Below are positions 43,818 through 54,340 of a stretch of DNA of 64,000 bases, one piece after another (within the stretch, counting starts at the first letter, position 1; every line of letters begins with the position of its first letter). The notes beneath the pieces are model-generated. The model was not told the DNA's origin and made no database searches. It was given only the letters and a program-made list of their open reading frames with translations. The translations under genes were made by a program, and so were the position numbers. The stretch comes from an uncultured Armatimonadetes bacterium (GTDB taxonomy: Bacteria > Armatimonadota > UBA5829 > DTJY01), in assembly GCA_963717145.1 (NCBI GenBank), contig OY970325.1, forward strand, positions 4,896,001-4,960,000. The letters run 5' to 3'.

Positions 43818-44018
43818 GTTGTCAATGGGTGCATGGAAGCGTGATCAACCAAACGGGGCCTTGTGCTGCTTGGTACTTTACCCGGCCTGAGTTCTCTTCA
43901 CACCGCCGACAGACCCCCACTCCTTTCCTGTCCAAGCTACGCCTTGTAACCCCTGAGTGTTGAGCTTATGAGATAACGCTTAGCTCCCATGCACTGGACA
44001 GATTCCATTACCAGCGTC

Positions 44019-44435
44019 CTAGGGTCCTGCTACCATATCATCGCCGTATTGTTCATCTTGCTGCGGAAAGCCTCGCAGAACTCCATGTATCTCCATGCGT
44101 TCAGGCTGAAATGCCTGTCGAAACACGGGAATAGCCTCGTGCGGAACGCCTTCTCCGCAGGCGAACACATCTAGGGCTGCATAGCCCTTCTCCGGCCACG
44201 AATGGAAACTGATATGTGATTCACAGAGCAAGACCACAGCCGTCACGCCGGCTGTACATGGAAACGTGTGTACTCTGGTATCTATCACCGTAGTACGACA
44301 AGCCGAAGCCGCAGCCAGCAACGTGTCTCTCACAAACTCGGGATCATCCAACCGAGTCGCTCCCCAGATATCAATCGCGAGATGAACACCAAGGACTTGG
44401 TAGTCATCCGGGCTTGGGCCCTGTCGAGTTATCAT
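44019..44435 (-). CDS. speD: S-adenosylmethionine decarboxylase proenzyme
   Basis: G.HL..D.WG and LLCESHISFHSWPEKGYAALDVFACG, including the ES self-cleavage site. Confidence 0.9.
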   Translation of the reverse strand: MITRQGPSPDDYQVLGVHLAIDIWGATRLDDPEFVRDTLLAAASACRTTVIDTRVHTFPCTAGVTAVVLLCESHISFHSWPEKGYAALDVFACGEGVPHEAIPVFRQAFQPERMEIHGVLRGFPQQDEQYGDDMVAGP

Positions 44436-44806
44436 AGATCCAAGCACAGCACATTTCCCTCTCAGCAGAAGTTGTGCATCGACTCTATAGCATTGCCGCC
44501 ACGTATCGACCCATACTGGCGAACCGACACCCCTTACCGTCCTGCTCACCTTGGCTATCGTGCACCGAAGCAGAAGCAGCACTCCCGACGGCCCAACGAT
44601 GGCATCACAACATGGACATGAAGCCTGTAATGTGCGTAATGGATATCGCTGCGTTTGGAAGCATCATGCTCTCATCTTGCTGTTGGCGATCCAGCAATGA
44701 TATGGGCGCAGTTCTGACCACGTTATCGCTCAACTCGAATCGACCTTGCGTTAGGTTGAAAGGAGAGTGCTTCCTGCTCATCTTCAATGCACTGTACATC
44801 CTAGTC

Positions 44807-44835
44807 AGTATATCATTCAGTCACCCGGAAGTCAA
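44807..44835 (-). promoter_or_regulatory. sigma70 promoter of the speD-degT operon
   Basis: Minus strand TTGACT-17 bp-TATACT with extended TG. Confidence 0.75.
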
Positions 44836-44841
44836 CATGAC

Positions 44842-46308
44842 GTAACAGTTCACGCTTGGGGATAACGAGTTTGATCAGGCAGGGAAGAGGACAGACTTGC
44901 CTGCGAGCAGTTGCCTGCATGATTCGAGCATGTCCAGACCCCTGACGTGCCATGTGCCAAACAGACTCATGAGCGTCATCTTTGTCTCGGAACCCTTCGC
45001 GCTTCGTGTGCCTCCGCATACCTTGCGGGCGATCACACACGGCCTCAGCGCTCGTTCTGCGCCATTGTTGTCCGACGGTACTTCCGGGTACTCTACGAAC
45101 ATGAACAACTCGTGCAAGCGATCTATGAATCTCTTTGCCAGCGTCTGCTGTGGAGCATCTGAGCCGACATACGGACCTGAGAGCGCCTCTACCTCTTCCT
45201 CGAAGAGTACTCGCTTCCACTTGCGAACCTCCGCCTTCTTGCTCCGGAACTCCTTTGCCCGATCGTAAACACCCTTCACCGCATCCGCCCATGCGATGAC
45301 GCCCGTGTCGTCCGCGTTCCTCTCCTTCAGTTTGTGCAGATCCCTGGCCAGATGTGCCCAGCATATCTGGCGGTCTGCAACTACCGGGTTGTATCCGGCA
45401 TAGCAATCCGTTACCACTACCCCTTCGTAGTCGCCGCCTATCGTTTCCTTCGGGATCTCTCCACTCCGACTCCGCCGGTAGATGAAGTAGCGCACGTTCT
45501 TAGTGGAGAAGGTCCAGATGTATCCGTTCAGCCCATCCTCTCTCCAGCCCGTCTCGTCTGCGTTTATGTATGGGCTTCCACGTACAAGCGAGAGTAGCCG
45601 CTCTTTCTCTTTTTTGCCACAGTCTGCCACCGTGTGCAATATCTCGCTTATCTCTCCCACAGAGAGCTGAAGACCATACAGAGCCTTCAGCAATCCCTGT
45701 ATCGTCCGCTTTGTCATGCGACCTACCGTCGAAAGATACGATATCAGGCTCATCAGGTTCACGCCTACCCGATGCTTGCCTACAACCTGGCCGGAAAGGT
45801 CAACCTTCGGCACATGACTCTTGCCACAGTATCCGCATCTTCTGGCGATGAACCTGTGCTCGACTACGTCCACAGGCACGATGGGGATGTCGATGACTTG
45901 GCGGAGTCTCTTTACCGTGCCCCCTGTGAGCGCTCGGCCGCAGTCCGGACACTTCGAGTGCGCGTGCTCGACTACACGGGTGGGTGTCTCCCGCCTGCGC
46001 ACGAACGACTTCTTGCGCTTCTTTCGTTCAGCTGCCCGGCGCTCTTTGCGGTTCGGCTTCACCCAGTCAGGCACGGATGGGGAACTGCCATCACCGCCGG
46101 AAAGCCTGGCGCGAAGGTCTTCGTTCTCCTTCTCCAGGTCGCCGATACGCGCCACGAGTTGGGGAACTAGACCTTCCAACTGGCTGACCCTGGCCTCAAG
46201 CTCCTCGTATGTCGGCTTGGATTGCTCGCTCACACTCCTTGGTTCGAGACGCTCCCAGCAGGTTCCTTCTTCTTACAGACAAAATAATCCCTAAGCCTGA
46301 ACTGTTAC
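44842..46308 (-). mobile_element. IS66-family single-ORF element; transposase 44875-46233
   Basis: Inverted repeats GTAACAGTTCA/TGAACTGTTAC; 8-bp TSD AACATGAC at 44834-44841 and 46309-46316. Confidence 0.92.
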
Positions 46309-46315
46309 AACATGA

Positions 46316-47674
46316 CGAATTGCCTCACCAAAGATGTTACCGAAGTGGATTCGTTGCCTCACGAATGAATGTTACTGTAGAACAGAGGCATGGAGAGGAT
46401 GAGCACTTCAACAACAAGAGAGATCATGAGGCGAAGGAGAAAGGAGTATCTAAGGAGTGGGAAATCGGCCAAGAAGGTGATACTGGACGAGCTGGAGGAG
46501 TTGACCGGTTATCACCGGAAGTCGCTGGTAAGGATGTTTCGAGGAGGCGTGAAGAGGAGGAATGCGCCGATCAGGAGACCTCGAGCTTCGAAGTACGAGG
46601 CGATCCTGCCGCTGCTCAAGGTCCTGTGGGCTACAAGCTTCTACGCCTGCGGGAAGCGGCTTGCTCCGTTCTTGCTGGAACTGGTTTCGGTGATGAAGAG
46701 GTTCGGAGAGATCCGGCCAACCGTGAGTGAGGAGTCGCTGCTTGCCTCGATCAGCGCGGCCACGATAGACAGGATGCTGACGCCGGATCGGGAGTCCATG
46801 AGGGTGAAGGGACGTACGACGACCAAGCCTGGGACGCTGCTTCGGAGCAGGATCGCGATAAGGACCTTCGCCCAGTGGGACGAGAACGAGCCTGGATTCT
46901 TTGAGTTCGACCTGGTAGGCCACTGCGGTGGGACAGCGAGAGGAGAGTTCCTGTATACCCTGAACATGACGGACGTGCACTCCGGCTGGATAGCGCTCGG
47001 CGGTATGAAAGGCAGAGGAGAGCGAGGCACCGTCCTGGCGATCAAATCCGCGTCCGCTCAGCTATCATTCAGGGTCAAAGGGATGGACTCAGACAACGAC
47101 AGCGCATTCATCAACTATCATCTGGCACGGTACTGCCGCCGGGAGAACATATTGCCGACCCGCAGCCGGCCGTACAAGAAGAACGATCAGTGTCATGTGG
47201 AGCAGAAGAACTGGACCGTGGTGAGGCAGTTCATCGGCTACCGGCGATTCGAGACTGATGAGCAGTTGGCCATACTCCAGAAGGTCTATCCGCTGATCAT
47301 GGCCTACCACAACTACTTCTCTCCCATGATGAAGCTTGCCGAGAAGGAACGTGATGGGAGCAAGGTGACCAAGCGCTATACGAAAGCGATGACTCCATAC
47401 CAGAGGCTTCTCATGGCCGACGGATGCATGGACGAGGCTACCAAGGGTCAACTGGCGCGAGAGTATGAATCCACAAACCCGGCCGAACTGCTCAGACGGA
47501 TACGAATGCTGCTCAGACAACTGGAGGACATGCCCACCGAGCAGGCCGATCCCAGGGTACGGTGACCCAGGAGCACGCCTGCTTACGTACCCGGACACGT
47601 AAGACCACTTTCGGTAACAATCCAGATGAGGCAATGATCACCGTTTCGGTAACAAGGATTAATGAGGCAACACG
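46316..47674 (+). mobile_element. rve-type IS, diverged relative; transposase 46390-47565
   Basis: Same CGAATTGC...GGCAACACG ends; TSD CATGA at 46311-46315 and 47675-47679. Confidence 0.9.
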
Positions 47675-47680
47675 CATGAC

Positions 47681-49156
47681 GTAACAGTTCACGCTTGGGG
47701 ATAACGAGTTTGATCAGGCGGGGAAGAGGACAGACTTGCCTGCGAGCAGTTGCCTGCAGGACTCGAGCATGTCCAGCCCTCGGACGTGCCATGTGCCAAA
47801 CAGACTCATGAGCGTCATCTTTGTCTCGGAACCCTTCGCGCTTCGTGTGCCTCCGCATACCTTGCGGGCGATCACACACGGCCTCAGCGCTCGTTCTGCG
47901 CCATTGTTGTCCGACGGTACTTCCGGGTACTCTACGAACATGAACAACTCATGCAAGCGATCCGTCAATCTCTTTGCCAGCACCTGCTGTGGAACCTCTA
48001 AGCCGACATACGGACCTGAGAGCGTCTCTACCTCTTCCTCGAAGAGCACTCGCTTCCACTTGCGAACCTCCGCCTTCTTGCTCCGGAACTTCTTTGCCTG
48101 ATCGTAAACACCCTTCACCGCATCCGCCCATGATATGACGTCCGGGTTATCGGCGTTCTTCTCCTTCAGTTTGTGCAGTTCCCTGGCCAGATGTGCCCAG
48201 CATATCTGACGGTCTGCAACTACGGGGTTGTATCCGGCGTAGCAATCCGTTACCACCACCCCTTCGTAGTCGCCGCCTATCGTTTCCTTAGGTATCTCTC
48301 CGCTCCGACTCCGCCGGTAGATGAAGTATCGCACGTTCTTAGTGGAGAAGGTCCAGATGTATCCGTTGAGCCCGTCCTCTCTCCAGCCCGTCTCGTCTGC
48401 GTTTATGTATGGACTTCCGCGTACAAGCGATAGAAGTCCCTTCATCTCGCCTCTGCCACAGCCTGCCACCGTGTGCAATATCTCGCTTATCTCTCCCACA
48501 GAGAGATGAAGACGATACAGAGCCTTCAGCAACCCCTGTATCGTTCGCTTTGTCATACGGCCTACTGTCGAAAGATACGATATCAGGCTCATCAGGTTCA
48601 CGCCTACTCGATGCTTGCCTACAACCTGGCTCGACAGGTCAACCTTCGGCACATGCGCCTTGCCACAGTATCCGCATCTTCTGGCGATGAATCTGTGCTC
48701 GACTATGTCCACAGGCACGATCGGTATATCAATAACCTGGCGGACTCTCTTTACCGTGCCCTCCGTGAGTGCCCGACCGCAGTCCGGACACTTCGAGTGC
48801 GCATGCTCGACTACACGGGTGGGGGTCTCCCGCCTGCGAACGAACGACTTCTGGCGCTTCTTTCGTTCGGCTGCCCGGCGCTCTTTGCGGTTCGGCTTGA
48901 CCCAGTCAGGTATGGGGGTGGAACTGCCGCCACCCGAGAGCTTTGCCTTGAGATCCTCCAGTTCCTTGACGAGACGCTGGATCATCTCCCGCTGCTCCAG
49001 GACAATGCCCACCAATTCTTCTCTTGTCAGACCGTCGAACTCTTCCACACAGGCATGTTCCACCCGCCCGGCCAAGGGTCCTTCCTATTGCAAGCCGACA
49101 ATGTCGGAAAAACTCTCACTGCTCTCGCAAAATGATCCACAAGCCTGAACTGTTAC
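47681..49156 (-). mobile_element. IS66-family single-ORF element; transposase 47714-49075
   Basis: Same inverted repeats as 44842-46308 but a different N-terminus. Right flank CACATGGC is a 6/8 match to AACATGAC. Confidence 0.9.
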
Positions 49157-49189
49157 CACATGGCGAACAGGGCACTTGGCGGCCCACCG

Positions 49190-49999
49190 GAAACAGTTCA
49201 CGATCGTTGATACTGAAGTTGCTCAGGCGGGATTGGCGGAGAGCGGCTGGGAGACGCCGGACAGCATCCGTCGGCATGACTCCATCGCATCCTCGCCCCG
49301 TAGAAGCCAGGTTCCGAACAGACTCATCGGCCCCATCCGGGTCTCAGACCCCTTCGCCGACCGTGTGCCTCCACTGATCTTCCGAGCCGTCACCGCTGGC
49401 CGAATCGCTCGCTCTGCTGCGTTGTTCTCAGAGGGTACTTCCGGATGCTCCACAAAGACGAACAGCTCCGGCAGGAACCTCTCGATCCGCTGAGCCAGTA
49501 TCCGCTGTGGAACGTCCCGCCTCAGGTATGGCCTGGCGAGCCGATACAACTCTTCCTCGAATGCGATCCGCTGCTCGTGCCGAGCCTTCGACTCCTCGTT
49601 CGAATATCTCTTCGCGCGTCTGTAAACGGCCTTGACCTTGCCGACCCAGATCGCAACCGCTCTATCCCCAGTGTTCGCCTCCACAAGGTCTCGCAAGTCT
49701 CGAAGGTAGTGCACCCAGCACCGCTGATGCCGACCCAAGAGCACGTTGTAGCCGCAGTAGAAGTCGCTTACGACTACACCGCCGTAGTCCTCTCCCAGCA
49801 CACCTTTTGCGACCTCTCCGCTCCGACTCTTGTTGCGAACGAAGTAGCGCACGTTTCGCGTCGAGAAGCTCCAGATGTATCCGTTCTTCCCATCTTCTCG
49901 CCAGCCGGTTTCATCCGCGTTCACCGCAGGGCTTCCCCTGACCGCTTGCAGAAGCTTCTCTACCTCGGGCTTGCCCCTGGAGTCCACCTTCTGGAGTAT
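49190..49999 (-). mobile_element. 5'-truncated IS66 element
   Basis: Right IR GAAACAGTTCACGATCG and the C-terminal half of the transposase, cut at 50000 by a duplicated segment. Confidence 0.85.
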
Positions 50000-50140
50000 C
50001 AGGCAAAAGCTCAGATCATACAGATCGGAAATGTTTTGAGTTCTCTTGAGGGACATCATTTCCAGCGAGGTGTCGGACCTTACCTACGCTTGGCCTTTCC
50101 TGGAATCGTTGAGTGCACCGATCTAGCTACTCTGGATAAC
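50000..50140 (-). repeat. Inverted duplicate of 15650-15790 (fragment of the nuclease-NACHT gene)
   Basis: 141-bp reverse-complement match read directly from the sequence. Confidence 0.9.
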
Positions 50141-51573
50141 GGGTGCATTCGCGTTGAGTGGGTAGCAAGTAAGGAAGGAGTCTCCTGTAATAGTCGGTAA
50201 CGGTTTGTTGAAGGACAAACATTCCGAAAGGAGACTCCCAGAGAATGCTTACACTTTTGCACACAGACTCCCTCCTTCAGGCCGCTCGCGACTTTGCGCG
50301 CAGCTACATCGATTGCACGGACTTAGGGTCAGCCGAGGAGCGTATTCAGATCCTGGCGCGTCAGATTGCCGGCGCAATGATGAGTGAGGTTGCCGCCAAG
50401 ATGAGCGGAAAGCCCACCTACAAGGGTGTTGGGATAGAATGCGAATGCGGCAGACTGGCCAGGTTCAAGGGATACCGGAAACGCTTCATTCGGACTTTGC
50501 ACGGAGACATAGAGGTCGAGAGGTCATACTACCGTTGCGACCATTGCAGGCGGGGCTACATTCCATGGGACCGCGAGCAGGGGCTGTCCGAGAGAGTATG
50601 GACCGCCAGAGTGAAGGAACTCACCGCCTCGATCTGCGCCGCGCTTCCATATGAAGCAGCCGCAAGGCTGATCGAGCGAACCACGGGTATTGCGATCGAA
50701 GAGAGCAGCGAAGAAGAGATAGTCCGGGATGTTGGGGAATGCCTCCGCCGAGAGGAGCAGGAAGCGATCATCTCTGTGGTAGACACAGGTGAAGAGGTCT
50801 CCTGCGAGGCGACGCCACAGAGGCTCTACATTGGCATAGACGCGGCCAAAGCGCACACCGATGGCCAGTGGCATGACATCAAGACCATGGTGGTATACGA
50901 AGGCGTTCCGGCTGCAGGCAAAGACACGGATACCGTCACCAACTCGCGCTACATAGCGGCGCAAGAGACGAGCGACGAGTTCGGGAGACGGGTATACACC
51001 AGAGCACTGCAAGCCGGCTATGACGGGGCAAAAGAGCGTATAGTGATCGCCGACGGCGCAGACTGGATATGGAGAGAGGTCAGGAATCATCTGCCGGAGA
51101 GCATCAAGATCATCGACTACTGGCATGCCTGTGAGCACATATACGGCTTGGCGCGGACACTCTACGGAGAGGGGAATCCCAAAGGGAAGCGCTGGGCAAA
51201 CGAACACTGCCGGAAGCTTAAAGAGAAGGGGCCGGGGAGTCTGCTTAGAGCCATGAAGCGGCGCAGAGCACGAAACGATTCTGAGAGGGAAGCGCTTCGG
51301 ATCGAGACAGGCTACTTCAGAAAGTACCGCAAGTACATGAACTACCCGGCATACAGGGCCAAGGGGATGATGATAGGCAGCGGTCCGGTGGAAGCGGCGT
51401 GCAAGGTGATAGTAGGCCAGAGGTTAAAGCAAGCCGGGATGCGATGGACGAAGGACGGCGCAGATGCAGTGCTCGCGGTGAGAACTGCCCTCCTAAGCGG
51501 CGAACTGGCTCGGATCGAGCACGCAGCACGTGCCGCCTGAGCCGTGCTCTACCCACTCTGAGGAATTCCACCC
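50141..51573 (+). mobile_element. Mutator-like IS, copy 3; transposase 50245-51540
   Basis: 1433 bp; protein identical to copy 2. Confidence 0.92.
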
Positions 51574-51589
51574 CTCATCTGACGTGACC

Positions 51590-51619
51590 TTGACAACTGA
51601 TGAATGGATAGGTTACGAT
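51590..51619 (+). promoter_or_regulatory. Putative sigma70 promoter of the GT9 array
   Basis: TTGACA-18 bp-TACGAT. Confidence 0.6.
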
Positions 51620-51779
51620 TCGCAAAGCATGTTTGTACGGCGAAGAAGCCAGCGACAGGCCTGTGGCCACCTAATGCTGTGATCTCTCGCACAGAGGTCG
51701 TCTCGTCTGAATGCTATCTTGCAGGGTTGTCCCCTAGGTCTGTTGGGGTCATCGATGGTAGTATACGAAAGAGGGAGGC

Positions 51780-53063
51780 GTGCTAGTGTACTTTGGGTCA
51801 GCGAGGACGTTGATATGGGCATCTGTGGCCCGCATGATCAGACCACTTGTGAGGCTCCATCCTGCTGTACGACATCATACCGCCGTGAAAAACGGAAAGC
51901 GTATTCTAGTTAAGATACACGGTGGCGCCGGCGTCGGTGATGTTATCATGTGTACACCGAGTCTTAGAGCACTGCGGCATGGGCATCCAAATGCCTATAT
52001 TGCATGCATGGTTAGCAAGGCACATAGTCCAGTTCTCCTGGGATGCCCTTATATAGATGAGATTATCAGCGTTGAGCAGGCGGCAGCCTCGAGGCTAAGG
52101 TATGTCACTCAGTTGGCCAAGTACCTAAGGCTGGTAATCCGGCTGGCAGCTTACCATTTCGATTTCAGCGTCGAATTGAAACAAGGCACACCCCCGATGT
52201 TGAGGCAGATTCCTGTGATGGCAGGTATCGAGCATCGTTATGGCCCCCGGGTTACCGACCCGTGGCATTCCCCTGAGGCCTATTCTGTTCGAGTACCTTT
52301 GCTAACAGATAGCACGCAAGTCGTCAGGTTCATGGAGGTCGCGGTCGCTGCCGGCGGCATACCGGATGGTGAGGAAACTGAATGCTATGTATCTCTCGAA
52401 TGGAGAAAGAGCGTTGCTAACCTCTTGGGACCGGTCGATTCTCGGCCGCTCATCGTTGTTCATCCTGGCAGCAATGACTGCTGTAGACGATGGCCAGAAG
52501 CATCGTTTGCCAAAGTCATCAATGACCTGCAAGCTGACCAGCCGGTCCGCATTCTGCTTATAGGAGTCACAGCAGAGATTGCTGTGATCAATCATATCGC
52601 TGTAGAATGCCGGTGCGCGGTCGAGACTATCGTATCAGTGCTCGATCTGGGTGAGTTGCAGGCGCTGATAGAGCGAGCTGATCTGCTTCTTTGCAACGAC
52701 TCAGGGCCGATGCACATGGCAATAGCTTTGGGCACTCCCGTTGTGGCTGTATTCGGTCCGACGAATCCCGACAAGATTGTAGGACTCAATCCACCAGACT
52801 GGTGCCGTCTTATCCGAGTACCAGCAGATTGCCCTCCGCGGTCAGAATGCCCCGTCTATGCCTGCATGTCGGGGAAGAGACGCCGTCAGGTCTTACCGAT
52901 ATGCAGCACGACAGACGCAGTATGTGTGGATGCCGTCAGTGTACAACCAGTGCTCGAAGCCGCCAGGGGACTCCTGGCATGCAAGCGGAGTTCTACAGAG
53001 CGGTTGTCCCCTAGGTCTGTTGGGGTCATCGATGTTAGTATACGAAAGAAGGAGGCGTGCTAG
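51780..53063 (+). CDS. Glycosyltransferase family 9 (heptosyltransferase-like), copy 1
   Basis: GD...TP.LRALR, HPG...RRWP and NDSGPMHMA.ALGTPVVAVFGPT motifs. Confidence 0.9.
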   Translation: MLVYFGSARTLIWASVARMIRPLVRLHPAVRHHTAVKNGKRILVKIHGGAGVGDVIMCTPSLRALRHGHPNAYIACMVSKAHSPVLLGCPYIDEIISVEQAAASRLRYVTQLAKYLRLVIRLAAYHFDFSVELKQGTPPMLRQIPVMAGIEHRYGPRVTDPWHSPEAYSVRVPLLTDSTQVVRFMEVAVAAGGIPDGEETECYVSLEWRKSVANLLGPVDSRPLIVVHPGSNDCCRRWPEASFAKVINDLQADQPVRILLIGVTAEIAVINHIAVECRCAVETIVSVLDLGELQALIERADLLLCNDSGPMHMAIALGTPVVAVFGPTNPDKIVGLNPPDWCRLIRVPADCPPRSECPVYACMSGKRRRQVLPICSTTDAVCVDAVSVQPVLEAARGLLACKRSSTERLSPRSVGVIDVSIRKKEAC

Positions 53064-54340
53064 TGTACTTTGGGTCAGCGAGGACGTTGATATGGGCATC
53101 TGTGGCCCGCATGATCAGACCACTTGTGAGGCTCCATCCTGCTGTACGACATCATACCGCCGTGAAAAACGGAAAGCGTATTCTAGTTAAGATACACGGT
53201 GTCGCCGGTGCCGGTGATGTTATCATGTGTACACCCAGCCTTAGGGCGCTGCGACGTGGGCATCCAAATGCCTATATTGCATGCATGGTTAGCAAGGCAC
53301 ATAGTCCAGTTCTCCTGGGATGCCCTTATATAGATGAGATTATCAGCGTTGAGCAGGCGGCAGCCTCGAGGCTAAGGTATGTCACTCAGTTGGCCAAGTA
53401 CCTAAGGCTGGTAATCCGGCTGGCAGCTTACCATTTCGATTTCAGCGTCGAATTGACGCAAGGCGCACCCCCCATGCTGAGGCAGATTCCTGTGATGGCA
53501 GGTATCGAGCATCGTTATGGCCCCCGGGTTACCGACCCGTGGCATTCGCCCGAGGCCTATTCTGTTCGAGTACCTTTGCCAACAGATAGCACGCAAGTCG
53601 TCAGGTTCATGGAGATCGCGGTCGCTGCCGGCGGCATACCGGATGGTGAGGAAACTGAATGCTATGTATCTCTCGAATGGAGAAAGAGCGTTGCTAACCT
53701 CTTGGGACCGATCGATTCTCGGCCGCTCATCGTTGTTCATCCTGGCAGCCGGGACTGCTGTAGACGATGGCCAGAAGCATCGTTTGCCAAAGTCATCAAT
53801 GACCTGCAAGCTGACCAGCCGGTCCGCATTCTGCTTATAGGAGTCACAGCAGAGATTGCTGTGATCAATCATATCGCTGCAGAATGCCGGGCGCCGGTCG
53901 AGACTATCGTATCAGTGCTCGATCTGGGTGAGTTGCAGGCGCTGATAGAGCGAGCTGATCTGCTTCTTTGCAACGACTCAGGGCCGATGCACATGGCAAT
54001 AGCTTTGGGCACTCCCGTTGTGGCTGTATTCGGTCCGACGAATCCCGACAAGATTGTAGGACTCAATCCACCAGACTGGTGCCGTCTTATCCGAGTACCA
54101 GCAGATTGCCCTCCGCGGTCAGAATGCCCCGTCTATGCCTGCATGTCGGGGAAGAGACGCCGTCAGGTCTTACCGATATGCAGCACGACAGACGCAGTAT
54201 GTGTGGATGCCGTCAGTGTACAACCAGTGCTCGAAGCCGCCAGGGGACTCCTGGCATGCAAGCGGAGTTCTACAGAGCGGTTGTCCCCTAGGTCTGTTGG
54301 GGTCATCGATGGTAGTATACGAAAGAAGGAGGCGTGCTAG
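53057..54340 (+). CDS. Glycosyltransferase family 9, copy 2
   Basis: Same motifs as copy 1; the GTG start overlaps the previous stop (GTGCTAG). Confidence 0.9.
   Translation: MLVYFGSARTLIWASVARMIRPLVRLHPAVRHHTAVKNGKRILVKIHGVAGAGDVIMCTPSLRALRRGHPNAYIACMVSKAHSPVLLGCPYIDEIISVEQAAASRLRYVTQLAKYLRLVIRLAAYHFDFSVELTQGAPPMLRQIPVMAGIEHRYGPRVTDPWHSPEAYSVRVPLPTDSTQVVRFMEIAVAAGGIPDGEETECYVSLEWRKSVANLLGPIDSRPLIVVHPGSRDCCRRWPEASFAKVINDLQADQPVRILLIGVTAEIAVINHIAAECRAPVETIVSVLDLGELQALIERADLLLCNDSGPMHMAIALGTPVVAVFGPTNPDKIVGLNPPDWCRLIRVPADCPPRSECPVYACMSGKRRRQVLPICSTTDAVCVDAVSVQPVLEAARGLLACKRSSTERLSPRSVGVIDGSIRKKEAC

Noticed and set aside
21012-44435. Canonical 2-deoxystreptamine aminoglycoside cluster
   Set aside because: No 2-deoxy-scyllo-inosose synthase (BtrC-like) gene or matching dehydrogenases are present in the window.
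44605-44799. Short ORF with faint ADP-ribosylglycohydrolase-like words (RTAPI, ITH)
   Set aside because: Too short and degenerate; it lies in the speD leader region.
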